Below are positions 1 to 9,434 of a stretch of DNA of 38,330 nt, in pieces; position 1 is the stretch's first letter; every line of letters starts with the position of its first letter. The notes beneath the pieces are model-generated. The model was not told where the DNA came from. It did no database searches and saw only the letters and a list, made by a program, of their open reading frames with translations. The translations under genes were made by a program, and so were the position numbers. Source of the stretch: a virus. The stretch lies in UHGV virus genome UHGV-0177677; one strand, given 5' to 3'.

Positions 1-49
1 TTAGCAAGACTGTGTACATTTGTACACAATTGCAGAGAGAGGAAATGAC

Positions 50-586
50 ATGCGTCGCGCTAACGATCCGCAACGGCGAGAAAAAATTATCCAGGCCACG
101 CTGGAGGCGGTGAAACTTTACGGAATACATGCTGTTACACACCGCAAAATTGCTACCCTTGCCGGGGTGCCGTTGGGATCGATGACCTACTATTTTTCAG
201 GAATTGATGAGTTGTTGCTGGAGGCGTTCAGCCGTTTTACTGAGATCATGTCCCGGCAATATCAGGCATTTTTTAGCGATGTTAGTGATGCTCCAGGCGC
301 ATGCCAGGCTATCACCGATATGATCTACAGCTCACAGGTCGCAACGCCGGATAATATGGAGCTGATGTACCAGCTCTACGCGCTGGCCAGCCGAAAACCG
401 CTCTTAAAAACGGTAATGCAAAACTGGATGCAGCGCAGTCAACAAACGCTCGAACAATGGTTTGAACCCGGAACCGCCCGCGCGCTTGATGCGTTTATTG
501 AGGGAATGACGCTGCATTTTGTCACCGACCGTAAGCCGCTATCACGCGAGGAGATTTTGAGGATGGTTGAGAGGATTGCTGGGTAG
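50..586 (+). CDS. rcdA: TetR-family transcriptional regulator, host gene (YbjK/RcdA-like)
   Basis: Translation from ATG at 50 ([15 protein letters not shown]...) has an N-terminal TetR-type HTH and matches the E. coli YbjK/RcdA sequence as I recall it. The track ORF starts upstream at 20. Stop TAG at 584-586, just before the att core. Confidence 0.85.
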   Translation: MRRANDPQRREKIIQATLEAVKLYGIHAVTHRKIATLAGVPLGSMTYYFSGIDELLLEAFSRFTEIMSRQYQAFFSDVSDAPGACQAITDMIYSSQVATPDNMELMYQLYALASRKPLLKTVMQNWMQRSQQTLEQWFEPGTARALDAFIEGMTLHFVTDRKPLSREEILRMVERIAG

Positions 587-590
587 TAGA

Positions 591-616
591 TAAATTTCAG
601 GCAACAAAAAACCCAT
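591..616. repeat. attL core (26-bp direct repeat taaatttcaggcaacaaaaaacccat)
   Basis: Identical 26-mer recurs at 35490-35515. Lies 5 bp after the rcdA stop and next to int. Confidence 0.8.
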
Positions 617-630
617 TTATGTAAATGGGT
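603..630 (-). terminator. Rho-independent terminator downstream of int (phage-supplied half of the split host terminator)
   Basis: Stem acccattta / taaatgggt at 611-630, followed on the minus strand by a T-run (plus-strand A-run 603-610). Confidence 0.5.
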
Positions 631-690
631 TAGTGAAAACAACGACTTGCAAGATAATCAATAAGTTAGGTTGGTGGTCAGTGGTGGTTA

Positions 691-1743
691 TTACGGGGTA
701 ATGCCAACCGCTGCCGCCACTTTGTCGCCACTTGGCAGCGTTGCCAGAGGATTGAAACGGAGCGCCGTTTCCAGATGATCCGGTGCCAGATGTGCGTAAC
801 GCATAGTCATTTTTATATCGTGGTGTCCGAGAATTTTTTGTAAGGCCAGAATGTTTCCACCCGACATCATGAAGTGCGCCGCAAACGTATGGCGCAGAAC
901 GTGTGTGAGTTGACCGCGAGGGAGCACGATAGACGTTTTTTCCATCACGGATAAAAATTGAAAATAGCAGTCTGTGAAGAAATTGAACCCATCAAGCGCC
1001 ATGATCTCTTCGTAAAGCTCTTTACTGATAGGGATGCTTCTGTTTTTCTTCCCCTTCGTTCTTACAAAGGTAATTCGGTATTTGGTCACCTGTGAACGAG
1101 TAAGATTTACGGCTTCTCGCCAGCGTGCGCCTGTGCTTAAGCATATCTTAACTACCAGTGCCAGAATTGGGTCCTGACGTTTGCAATCAGCCAGTAATTC
1201 AACAATCTGCTCATGGGTAAGCCATGCCATCTCTTTTTCTGCGATGGTGAATTTTCGCATGTTCTCCAGTGGGTTCGGATACGACCATTCGCCCAGGCGG
1301 GATAGTTCGCTAAAAACACTACTTAGATAGCTTTGCTCCAGGTTAATGGTGACCGGGCTTGCTCCTTTCTTCCATTTCTCGCTGAAGTAGATCTCACCTG
1401 TCAGGCGTTTATCTCGATAGTGGGCAAACATTTTAGAGGTTAGATCAGTTGCAAGGGGATTGCCCAGAGCGTCAACCATCAGCAGCAATTTGTCATAGAC
1501 ATGCTGCCCAGCAGTCAGTGATTTACCATGTAGTTTGAACCATAGCTCAACCACGTCTTTCAGTGTTCGACGATCCACTGATTCACCTAGCCAGGGCTTT
1601 GCTTCGGTTTCTTCCATCGTGTGACGCTCAAAAGCCAGTGCTTCGCCTTTGGTGGCGAATTGTTTACGCACACGACGCCCACTACGTCCGGCGGGGTAAC
1701 ATTCGCAAAGCCATTTTCCTGTGGTGAGTTTTCGTACAGCCAT
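691..1743 (-). CDS. int: Tyrosine integrase (P2 Int family)
   Basis: Translation MAVRKLTTGKW... with C-terminal tyrosine-recombinase motifs (HVLRHTFAAHF, MRYAHL). ATG at 1741-1743; the track ORF extends further upstream to 1821. Confidence 0.9.
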   Translation of the reverse strand: MAVRKLTTGKWLCECYPAGRSGRRVRKQFATKGEALAFERHTMEETEAKPWLGESVDRRTLKDVVELWFKLHGKSLTAGQHVYDKLLLMVDALGNPLATDLTSKMFAHYRDKRLTGEIYFSEKWKKGASPVTINLEQSYLSSVFSELSRLGEWSYPNPLENMRKFTIAEKEMAWLTHEQIVELLADCKRQDPILALVVKICLSTGARWREAVNLTRSQVTKYRITFVRTKGKKNRSIPISKELYEEIMALDGFNFFTDCYFQFLSVMEKTSIVLPRGQLTHVLRHTFAAHFMMSGGNILALQKILGHHDIKMTMRYAHLAPDHLETALRFNPLATLPSGDKVAAAVGITP

Positions 1744-1931
1744 AAAAAATGCCCTCCAATAGAGAGCATTTTTACTGTATGTATAACCAGTGTCAATGTA
1801 TGAAATCCTGCGACCATACATCTTACTGAAGCCATAATGAAGTAGGCTATTCTTTTTGCTATGTGATCATGTAACTTTTGCGGTTAACCTGTGGCTCATT
1901 TTTATTTTAGGCGCAGATATAAAAGCAAAAG

Positions 1932-2123
1932 TTATCGTGAGTTTTTAGTACAGATTTTTTTGGATTTACTAATAGTTCCATCATTGCAAACGAATTTGCC
2001 ATCAGAGGTACAGTGAGAAACACCTCCCTTTTTCCCTGAGCAGGGATAATTTCTAGCATAGGTAGCTAGTGGGTTTAATAACAAAGAACATGACAAAACC
2101 ACAAAAAATACCTTACCAAGCAT
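1932..2123 (-). CDS. Small secreted/lipoprotein-like Cys-rich peptide (moron, unknown function)
   Basis: 63 aa with a hydrophobic N-terminal signal ([16 protein letters not shown]...) followed by a Cys-containing hydrophilic tail. AT-rich, located between int and cI. Confidence 0.35.
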   Translation of the reverse strand: MLGKVFFVVLSCSLLLNPLATYARNYPCSGKKGGVSHCTSDGKFVCNDGTISKSKKICTKNSR

Positions 2124-2138
2124 AATTTCCTCCCGGTA

Positions 2139-2714
2139 CTATTTAACATACTTGACTGTTAAACTTATAATTTTACCAATTATTTCAATGTCTTCTATCT
2201 TACATTCAAAGGCTCTGTTTCCACCCTCGACGAAGATTCTTCCACCGGGTAAACGAGTAATGTCACGGATCGTTATTTCGCCATCAATACTTATTACCCA
2301 TTTACCATCACGTATATCATCAAATTCCTTATCACAAATAAATTCAGAATTATTATCTGTGATTACAAAAAGATTCTTGAATGCCGACGGTAGAAATTCT
2401 CTATCGAAAATATAAAAACCGTCTTCACACAAGGCCCCATCAGATAATACATATTTAGCAACTTCCATAGTATTTGTATTACCTGAAGTTTGCTTTGAAC
2501 CATGCCCGGTTGTGAGCCAATTAAGCGAGGTGCCTGTTTCAAGGGCGCACTGGATTACCCATTCTGCTGGGAATGAGTCACGCATGTAGCGTGTGGCGAG
2601 TGTACTTTTAGAGATTCCTAAATGATCGCACAACGCCTGTCGAGTCTTGAATCCATAAGCTTCTACCATGCGCTCTATGGCGCCTCGTCCGCCTTTCTCC
2701 AAATTCATGGTCAC
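2139..2714 (-). CDS. cI: Immunity repressor, phage 186 CI-like
   Basis: 191 aa; N-terminal HTH (AYGF...LCDHLGISKSTLATRYMR, CALETG..NWLTTG) and overall resemblance to 186 CI at the same length. Divergent from apl/cII. Confidence 0.8.
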   Translation of the reverse strand: MTMNLEKGGRGAIERMVEAYGFKTRQALCDHLGISKSTLATRYMRDSFPAEWVIQCALETGTSLNWLTTGHGSKQTSGNTNTMEVAKYVLSDGALCEDGFYIFDREFLPSAFKNLFVITDNNSEFICDKEFDDIRDGKWVISIDGEITIRDITRLPGGRIFVEGGNRAFECKIEDIEIIGKIISLTVKYVK

Positions 2715-2732
2715 TCCAAGTGAACTTTTATC

Positions 2733-2761
2733 TTGACGATTTCACCATGCGATCGTATGTT
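2733..2761 (+). promoter_or_regulatory. Candidate lytic promoter pR (TTGACG-N17-TATGTT)
   Basis: -35 TTGACG at 2733-2738, 17-bp spacer, -10 TATGTT at 2756-2761, in the cI-apl intergenic region and oriented toward apl/cII. Confidence 0.45.
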
Positions 2762-2833
2762 TATGGTGTTCACAAAATACAAACGATCCGTATTCGTCCT
2801 GATTAATCATCATTAAACGAGGAATGTTGCATC

Positions 2834-3055
2834 ATGAGACCTAACATTTCAATCACTCTTACCACGCCTCATGTGACTATTGAACGCTATAGCGAGCTGA
2901 CAGGGCTATCCATCGATACCATCAATGACATGTTGGCTGATGGACGCCTTATCCGTCACCGTCTGCGCAAAGATAAAAAACGCGAAAAAGTGATGATCAA
3001 CATAGCAGCAATGACCGTTGATGCGCTTTCAGAATGCAATCTAAACCTTAATTAG
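2834..3055 (+). CDS. apl: Apl/Cox-like excisionase-regulator (small HTH protein)
   Basis: 73 aa, first gene of the rightward early operon, HTH-like segment ([21 protein letters not shown]). Position matches 186 apl. Confidence 0.55.
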   Translation: MRPNISITLTTPHVTIERYSELTGLSIDTINDMLADGRLIRHRLRKDKKREKVMINIAAMTVDALSECNLNLN

Positions 3056-3081
3056 TTCGATTCTGAAATACATCAGAGGCA

Positions 3082-3597
3082 TTGACCATGTTTGATTACC
3101 AAGTTTCCAAACATCCACATTTTGATGAAGCCTGTCGTGCATTTGCACTGCGCCACAATCTGGTGCAACTGGCAGAACGTGCAGGCATGAATGTGCAGAT
3201 TCTGCGGAACAAGCTGAACCCAGCTCAGCCTCATTTATTAACCGCACCAGAAATCTGGCTGCTTACCGATCTGACTGAAGATTCAACGCTGGTAGATGGT
3301 TTTCTGGCACAGATTCATTGTCTGCCATGTGTACCGATTAATGAGGTGGCAAAAGAGAAACTGCCACATTACGTCATGAGTGCAACCGCAGAGATCGGGC
3401 GTGTTGCTGCAGGTGCGGTGTCTGGCGATGTAAAAACCTGTGCCGGTCGTCGTGATGCTATCAGCAGCATTAACTCTGTAACACGACTGATGGCGCTGGC
3501 GGCTGTTTCATTGCAGGCCCGTTTACAGGCTAATCCTGCGATGGCGAGTGCAGTTGATACCGTGACTGGCCTCGGTGCTTCATTTGGTTTGCTGTGA
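3082..3597 (+). CDS. cII: CII-like establishment regulator (phage 186 CII homologue)
   Basis: 171 aa; strong resemblance to 186 CII ([18 protein letters not shown]...NPAM.S.VDT..G.GASFGL). Confidence 0.8.
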   Translation: MTMFDYQVSKHPHFDEACRAFALRHNLVQLAERAGMNVQILRNKLNPAQPHLLTAPEIWLLTDLTEDSTLVDGFLAQIHCLPCVPINEVAKEKLPHYVMSATAEIGRVAAGAVSGDVKTCAGRRDAISSINSVTRLMALAAVSLQARLQANPAMASAVDTVTGLGASFGLL

Positions 3598-3604
3598 GGT
3601 GCTT

Positions 3605-3805
3605 ATGCTGACGAAAGAACCATCATTTGCATCGCTGCTGGTTAAACAAAGCCCGGCAATGCATTACGGTCACGGCTGGATCATGGGGGAGGATGGTAAA
3701 CGCTGGCATCCGTGCCGTTCACAAGATGAATTGCTGGCAGAACTATCTACGAAAAAACGGGGGAACAAATGGCTATTGAAGGCACTGCGGCGACTGTTCC
3801 ATTAA
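3605..3805 (+). CDS. Hypothetical early protein (position of 186 fil)
   Basis: 66 aa from ATG at 3605 with RBS tgaggtg, immediately after the cII stop. No recognisable motif. Confidence 0.4.
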   Translation: MLTKEPSFASLLVKQSPAMHYGHGWIMGEDGKRWHPCRSQDELLAELSTKKRGNKWLLKALRRLFH

Positions 3806-4110
3806 GCCCCGGTGAACGCCTGAATGGACTTAATCACATTGCGGAGTTAAGGGCGAAAGTTTTTGGCCTGAATATTGAGTCAGAGCTTGAGCGGTTTATT
3901 AAAGATATGCGTGATTCACGGGATATTAATAGCGAACAAAATAAACGGGCACTGGCTGCCATATTCTTTATGGCAAAAATTCCAGCTGAACGTCATAGCA
4001 TCAGCATTAATGAGCTGACCACTGACGAAAAGCGGGAGTTGATTAAAGCAATGAATCATTTTCGTGCAGTGGTGAGCTTATTTCCCAGACGGCTAACCAT
4101 GCCGAATTAA
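3769..4110 (+). CDS. Hypothetical early protein
   Basis: 113-aa ORF with RBS gggga, in the early operon. Confidence 0.45.
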   Translation: MAIEGTAATVPLSPGERLNGLNHIAELRAKVFGLNIESELERFIKDMRDSRDINSEQNKRALAAIFFMAKIPAERHSISINELTTDEKRELIKAMNHFRAVVSLFPRRLTMPN

Positions 4111-4177
4111 CCAACTAATGAAATTAATGGCGTAAACCCGCCGGGCATCCCTTTATCTAAGTTCAGGAGAATTGATT

Positions 4178-4411
4178 ATGCGTAATATTGAAACCCTCTC
4201 GACCAAAACCGGACCGGATGACGCAGGGCTTAATATTTTACTGACAGAGGCTCGTCTGGAAGAACGCCGGGCAAGGGCTGAAGCAATGGCAGCTCGCCTT
4301 GATAGCCTGGCGTGTCATATCACATCCCGCCAGCTAACCCACGTCGAAGCGGCAGAACTGCTTCGTGTGACTGCTGAAGCAATCCAGAACGAAGCGCAGG
4401 AGATCCACTAA
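4178..4411 (+). CDS. Hypothetical early protein (P2 orf80-like position)
   Basis: 77 aa from ATG at 4178 with RBS aggaga. Its stop overlaps the next start (TAATG). Confidence 0.45.
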   Translation: MRNIETLSTKTGPDDAGLNILLTEARLEERRARAEAMAARLDSLACHITSRQLTHVEAAELLRVTAEAIQNEAQEIH

Positions 4412-4638
4412 TGGCTGATGCAATGGATCTCGTACAGCAGCGCGTTGAAGAAGAACGCCAACGCCATATCCGTGCTGCCCGTGCCAAAACGCCGGGCGTG
4501 TCCCGCGTGCTTTGCATTGAGTGTGAAGCGCCAATTCCGCCAGCACGCCGCCGTGCCATTCCGGGTGTGCAGCTTTGCATTACCTGTCAGGAAATCGCAG
4601 AGCTGAAAGGCAAACATTACAACGGAGGTGCTGTATGA
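4411..4638 (+). CDS. TraR/DksA-family C4 zinc-finger protein
   Basis: 75 aa with CxxC...CxxC (CIECEAPIP...CITCQ), a typical phage TraR-like protein. Confidence 0.7.
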   Translation: MADAMDLVQQRVEEERQRHIRAARAKTPGVSRVLCIECEAPIPPARRRAIPGVQLCITCQEIAELKGKHYNGGAV

Positions 4639-5492
4639 GCACCATCCTGAAATGGGCGGGAAATAAAACTGCCATAATGTCCGAACTAAAAAAACATCTT
4701 CCTGCTGGCCCGCGACTGGTTGAACCTTTCGCGGGTTCCTGTGCTGTGATGATGGAGACGGATTATCCCAGCTATCTGGTTGCGGATATTAATCCTGATT
4801 TAATCAACCTCTATAAAAAGGTTGCCGCTGATTGTGAATCGTTTATATCTCGCGCCAGAGTTTTATTTGAGATCGCAAACAGGGAGGTGGCTTATTACAA
4901 CATAAGGCAGGAGTTTAATTACTCAACTGAAATTACTGATTTCATGAAAGCGGTATATTTCCTGTATCTCAATCGTCACGGTTACCGTGGTTTATGTCGC
5001 TATAACAAGAGCGGGCATTTCAACATTCCCTACGGTAATTATAAAAATCCGTATTTCCCTGAAAAAGAAATTCGCGCATTTGCAGAAAAGGCCCAGCGAG
5101 CAACGTTTATCTGCGCCAGCTTTGATGAAACGCTGGCGATGTTGAAGGCGGGGGATGTGGTGTATTGCGATCCGCCGTATGACGGTACGTTTTCCGGCTA
5201 TCACACTGACGGCTTCACTGAAGATGACCAGTATCACCTGGCATCTGTTCTTGAACATCGGTCATCAGAAGGACATCCGGTCATTGTTTCTAACAGTGAC
5301 ACATCCCTGATCCGTTCGCTGTATCGCAATTTTACTCACCACTACATCAAGGCAAAACGCAGCATCGGTGTGGCAGCTGGCGAGGGTAAATCAGCAACAG
5401 AAATCATTGCTGTTTCCGGGCCGCGCTGCTGGGTGGGATTTGATTATTCGCGTGGCGTGGATAGTTCTGCCGTGTACGGAGTACGTGCATGA
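4635..5492 (+). CDS. dam: DNA adenine methyltransferase (Dam-like, GATC-type N6-MTase)
   Basis: [11 protein letters not shown]... start, AdoMet motif (PFAGS), catalytic DPPY (CDPPYDG). ATG at 4635 with RBS ggagg. Confidence 0.85.
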   Translation: MSTILKWAGNKTAIMSELKKHLPAGPRLVEPFAGSCAVMMETDYPSYLVADINPDLINLYKKVAADCESFISRARVLFEIANREVAYYNIRQEFNYSTEITDFMKAVYFLYLNRHGYRGLCRYNKSGHFNIPYGNYKNPYFPEKEIRAFAEKAQRATFICASFDETLAMLKAGDVVYCDPPYDGTFSGYHTDGFTEDDQYHLASVLEHRSSEGHPVIVSNSDTSLIRSLYRNFTHHYIKAKRSIGVAAGEGKSATEIIAVSGPRCWVGFDYSRGVDSSAVYGVRA

Positions 5493-7903
5493 GTCATGCC
5501 GATATGAACAACTGCTGCGGCTTTAACGAAGCTGCCGCATCGTTCTCATGGAACAGCTCGAAAAAGGCCATTAACCCTTATCTGGACCCGGTGGAAGTTG
5601 CGCCGGTTTCTACGCTTTCAAATCTGATCACTCTGTACGCTGCCGATAACGAGCAGGAACAGCTGCGCCGTGAGGCGCTGAGTGATCAGGTCTGGGAGCG
5701 TTATTTCTTTAATGAATCCCGTGATCCTGTCCAGCGCGAAATGGAACAGGATAAGCTCATTAGTCGGGCAAAGCTGGCGCATGAGCAGCAGCGTTTTAAT
5801 CCGGATATGGTCATTCTGGCGGACGTCAACGCCCAGCCTTCCCATATCAGCAAGCCGCTGATGCAACGTATTGAATACTTCAGCAGCCTGGGCAGGCCAA
5901 AGGCTTATTCCCGCTATTTACGTGAGACGATTAAGCCATGTCTGGAACGACTGGAGCATGTACGCGACAGTCAGCTATCTGCATCTTTTCGCTTTATGGC
6001 AAGCCATGAAGGGCTGGACGGCCTGCTGATCCTGCCTGAAATGAGTCAGGATCAGGTGAAACGCCTGTCCACCCTGGTAGCTGCGCATATGAGTATGTGC
6101 CTTGATGCCGCTTGTGGCGATTTGTATGCCACCGATGACGTTAAGCCAGAAGAAATCCGCAATACATGGGAAAGGGTGGCAGCGGAAACCCTGCGTCTGG
6201 ATGTCATCCCGCCTGCGTTTGAGCAACTCCGTCGGAAAAGAAACCGCCGTAAACCCGTGCCCTATGAACTCATTCCGGGGTCGCTGGCGCGTATGTTGTG
6301 CGCCGACTGGTGGTATCGGAAATTATGGAAGATGCGTTGCGAATGGCGGGAAGAGCAGTTGCGTGCTGTCTGCCTTGTCAGCAAAAAAGCATCTCCCTAT
6401 GTCAGCTATGAAGCCGTGTTGCATAAACGTGAGCAGCGCCGTAAGTCGCTGGAGTTTTTCCGTTCTCATGAACTGGTGAACGAAGACGGCGACACGCTAG
6501 ACATGGAGGATGTGGTAAACGCCAGCAGCAGCAACCCTGCGCATCGCCGCAATGAGATGATGGCCTGTGTTAAAGGTCTGGAGCTTATCGCGGAAATGCG
6601 CGGTGACTGCGCCGTTTTCTACACCATCACCTGTCCGTCACGTTTCCATTCCACGCTAAATAACGGCAGGCCCAACCCGACCTGGACAAATGCGACGGTA
6701 AGACAAAGCAGCGATTATCTGGTCGGTATGTTTGCTGCATTTCGTAAGGCGATGCACAAAGCCGGGTTGCGCTGGTATGGCGTGCGGGTGGCTGAGCCGC
6801 ATCACGACGGTACAGTTCACTGGCACCTGTTGTGTTTTATGCGCAAAAAAGACCGCCGCGCCATCACTGCATTACTGCGTAAGTTTGCCATCCGTGAAGA
6901 CCGCGAGGAGCTGGGCAATAACACTGGGCCGCGCTTTAAGTCTGAGTTGATTAACCCGCGCAAAGGTACGCCAACAAGCTACATCGCGAAATACATCAGT
7001 AAGAACATTGACGGGCGTGGTCTGGCTGGCGAGATCAGCAAGGAAACGGGGAAATCCCTGCGTGATAATGCTGAATACGTTAATGCCTGGGCGTCTCTGC
7101 ATCGTGTTCAGCAATTCCGCTTCTTTGGCATTCCGGGGCGTCAGGCTTACCGTGAACTGCGATTGCTGGCTGGTCAGGCGGCAAGGCAACAGGGGGACAA
7201 AAAAGCAGGTGCGCCGGTACTGGATAACCCGCGCCTTGATGCAATCCTGGCTGCTGCTGATGCTGGTTGTTTTGCCACCTACATCATGAAGCAGGGCGGC
7301 GTACTGGTTCCCCGCAAATATCACCTGATCAGAACCGCTTATGAAATCAACGAAGAGCCGACCGCCTATGGCGATCACGGCATTCGTATTTATGGCATCT
7401 GGTCACCCATTGCAGAGGGCAAGATCTGCACTCATGCAGTGAAGTGGAAAATGGTTCGTAAGGCCGTTGACGTTCAGGAGGCGGCAGCCGACCAGGGCGC
7501 TTGCGCCCCTTGGACTCGTGGCAATAACTGTCCCCTTGCTGAAAATTTGAACCAACAGGAGAAAGATAAATCAGCTGATGGGGACACCAGAACGGATATT
7601 ACCCGCATGGATGACAAGGAGTTGCACGATTTTCTGCACAGTATGAACAAAAAAGAGCGCCGGGAACTGGCTACAAGGTTACGCCTGGTGAAACCGAAAC
7701 GGCGTAGAAACTACAAACAGCGAATTACAGACCATCAACGACAGCAGCTCGTCTATGAACTGAAGTCCAGAGGATTTGATGGCAGCGAGAAAGAGGTAGA
7801 TTTACTCCTTCGCGGTGGCAGTATTCCGTCAGGAGCAGGCCTGCGTATCTTCTATCGGAACCAGCGTCTGAAGGAAGATGATAAGTGGCGGAACCTGTAT
7901 TAA
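5489..7903 (+). CDS. A: Replication initiation protein A (rolling-circle nickase, P2 gpA family)
   Basis: 804 aa; conserved gpA-like motifs ([32 protein letters not shown]). Start overlaps the dam stop (ATGA). Confidence 0.9.
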   Translation: MSHADMNNCCGFNEAAASFSWNSSKKAINPYLDPVEVAPVSTLSNLITLYAADNEQEQLRREALSDQVWERYFFNESRDPVQREMEQDKLISRAKLAHEQQRFNPDMVILADVNAQPSHISKPLMQRIEYFSSLGRPKAYSRYLRETIKPCLERLEHVRDSQLSASFRFMASHEGLDGLLILPEMSQDQVKRLSTLVAAHMSMCLDAACGDLYATDDVKPEEIRNTWERVAAETLRLDVIPPAFEQLRRKRNRRKPVPYELIPGSLARMLCADWWYRKLWKMRCEWREEQLRAVCLVSKKASPYVSYEAVLHKREQRRKSLEFFRSHELVNEDGDTLDMEDVVNASSSNPAHRRNEMMACVKGLELIAEMRGDCAVFYTITCPSRFHSTLNNGRPNPTWTNATVRQSSDYLVGMFAAFRKAMHKAGLRWYGVRVAEPHHDGTVHWHLLCFMRKKDRRAITALLRKFAIREDREELGNNTGPRFKSELINPRKGTPTSYIAKYISKNIDGRGLAGEISKETGKSLRDNAEYVNAWASLHRVQQFRFFGIPGRQAYRELRLLAGQAARQQGDKKAGAPVLDNPRLDAILAAADAGCFATYIMKQGGVLVPRKYHLIRTAYEINEEPTAYGDHGIRIYGIWSPIAEGKICTHAVKWKMVRKAVDVQEAAADQGACAPWTRGNNCPLAENLNQQEKDKSADGDTRTDITRMDDKELHDFLHSMNKKERRELATRLRLVKPKRRRNYKQRITDHQRQQLVYELKSRGFDGSEKEVDLLLRGGSIPSGAGLRIFYRNQRLKEDDKWRNLY

Positions 7904-7997
7904 TTACGCGGGTTAACAATTCGTGCTCTTAATAATACCAGGCATATCAGGCCGATGAACGTAAAAAAACGTTTTACATCAGTAAGATTATTATATA

Positions 7998-8013
7998 CTG
8001 TAAATATAAACAG
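7998..8013. promoter_or_regulatory. LexA box (SOS operator) CTGTaaatataaACAG
   Basis: Exact CTGT-N8-ACAG with AT-rich centre (tactgtaaatataaacagtg), about 45 bp upstream of the ORF at 8056. Candidate -35 TTTACA at 7973-7978. Confidence 0.7.
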
Positions 8014-8055
8014 TGGTTATGTATACAGTATTGCTTTGGTGTTATAGGAGGAAAG

Positions 8056-8244
8056 ATGCAGGACTATTTTTTGGAGTCTTTGAAGCTCCAGCGCATTGAT
8101 TTTTTTCTTAAGCTTGTAGCGGCTAGTGAGTGTAGTGATGAAGAGAAGGGGCTGGCCCTGCAGTGGGTTTCTGAACTGACAGATGAACTCATGGCAAAAA
8201 TCAGAACCCACGAATACAACCGCTCAATGGATGTCATCAGCTGA
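8056..8244 (+). CDS. Small SOS-controlled protein, candidate Tum-like antirepressor
   Basis: 62-aa ORF with RBS aggagg, directly downstream of the LexA box and upstream of the DinI-like gene. Position mirrors the 186 tum operon; the assignment is not sequence-proven. Confidence 0.4.
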   Translation: MQDYFLESLKLQRIDFFLKLVAASECSDEEKGLALQWVSELTDELMAKIRTHEYNRSMDVIS

Positions 8245-8254
8245 GGTGACTTTT

Positions 8255-8488
8255 ATGCGCATTGAAATACTGATCGATAAAGAGCAGAAGATTAGCCAGT
8301 CTACACTGGACGCCCTTGAATCCGAGCTTTACCGCAATCTGCGCCCCCTGTATCCCAAAACGGTAATTCGTATCCGCAAAGGTAGCTCTAACGGTGTGGA
8401 ACTGACCGGACTGCAACTGGACGAAGAAAGAAAACAAGTGATGAAAATTATGCAGAAGGTGTGGGAAGACGACAGCTGGCTGCATTAA
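8255..8488 (+). CDS. DinI-family protein
   Basis: Translation from ATG at 8255 (MRIEILIDKEQ...VWEDDSWLH) follows the E. coli DinI pattern (MRIEVTIAK...TWESADDWF). The track ORF starts upstream at 8183. Confidence 0.8.
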   Translation: MRIEILIDKEQKISQSTLDALESELYRNLRPLYPKTVIRIRKGSSNGVELTGLQLDEERKQVMKIMQKVWEDDSWLH

Positions 8489-8647
8489 GAAACGTTGCTG
8501 GCGTCTGAAATTGCTTCTGGCGTCAGCAAGGTTGAACAACGAGTACAGTGAGGCGTTAGGTGTGGCGTTTATTTGATGAGTGAACGCCCGTTCTGCGACA
8601 GGTTTGGAGATTAAGGTTGAAACTACGGGCAAAATACCATCTTTTTC

Positions 8648-9073
8648 CTACTTAATTGAGTCCAGTAACAAGTTACAGTTACTCTCATTGTAGAGAGAAC
8701 GAGCAATTAGTGTTACCTGCTTTCCATTCATTCCCGGCTTATCCCATAACACAGCTTCTTGCGACGCCACAAATTCAGCATAATCAATTATGCGTTGTTC
8801 GTGATCTGGTTCCTCATAGCCAAAGTATGAGAGCGCATCGTTGTAAGCGTGGTAAGCTGCTTTCTGTAATATCTTGATATCGGCTGTAGGTACTTGCTCC
8901 GTGTAGCTAGGATCTAATTGTGTGCTACTGCCATAGAATGCACATGAAAGGTAAGATATTGATTTCTGTTGAGCTTTAGTTCCTTTCTCATAGTTTTTAG
9001 CTGTTACCGCCTGAACTGGGACGCTAACAAAGCTTGCAACCAGAATTAAAATTAATACGTAAAAGCTTTTCAT
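8648..9073 (-). CDS. Secreted/periplasmic hypothetical protein (moron)
   Basis: 141 aa with a signal peptide (MKSFYVLILILVASFVSVPVQA). Opposite strand to the neighbouring phage genes, relatively AT-rich. Confidence 0.5.
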   Translation of the reverse strand: MKSFYVLILILVASFVSVPVQAVTAKNYEKGTKAQQKSISYLSCAFYGSSTQLDPSYTEQVPTADIKILQKAAYHAYNDALSYFGYEEPDHEQRIIDYAEFVASQEAVLWDKPGMNGKQVTLIARSLYNESNCNLLLDSIK

Positions 9074-9345
9074 TTTGACCTCAGCCGAAACGTTAGAGAG
9101 ACTATCGAAGTTTGTAAAACCCGTGGCGATTCAGTTTGAGATCCTCCCCCTTACATGATTTTTAATCAAATATATGCTTTTGTAAGCATACCTGTTAACC
9201 GAATTATTCATTTTTAGAGATCTTCCGACATACTGATTATGCCCGCTGAGGAGTTCACCTTGCGTAAAGTCCGATTCGCTTTACTCGTCTGTGCATGTCT
9301 ATGCTGCATGAGATTGCATGATCGTTTGAGGATCGTTTTTGCTAA

Positions 9346-9371
9346 GGCCCGCCAGAACTGGCGGGCTTTTG
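9346..9371 (+). terminator. Rho-independent terminator-like hairpin
   Basis: gcccgccag / ctggcgggc stem followed by TTTT at 9367-9370. Confidence 0.4.
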
Positions 9372-9415
9372 CGTAGATTATGCACCTGCATGAAAACCAC
9401 TACATAAAGCGGGCA

Positions 9416-9434
9416 GGCGTGGCGGGGATACGAG
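9416..9434. other. Putative cos site (cohesive-end sequence)
   Basis: GGCGTGGCGGGGATACGAG: the first 13 nt equal the start of the 186 cohesive end as I recall it (GGCGTGGCGGGGAAAGCAT; P2 GGCGAGGCGGGGAAAGCAC). Confidence 0.45.

Noticed and set aside
591-616. tRNA or tmRNA gene as integration target at the att site
   Set aside because: No cloverleaf-capable sequence flanks either att copy; the core lies in a protein-gene terminator region.
6102-6479. 125-aa plus-strand alternate-frame ORF within gene A
   Set aside because: Out-of-frame overlap within the conserved replication gene; no RBS or motif.
9416-9434. Alternative cos location in the short gap between the cassette and Q (11773-11807)
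   Set aside because: That gap contains no GGCG.GGCGGGG-like motif, so the 9416 candidate is the only cos-like sequence seen, although it remains unverified.
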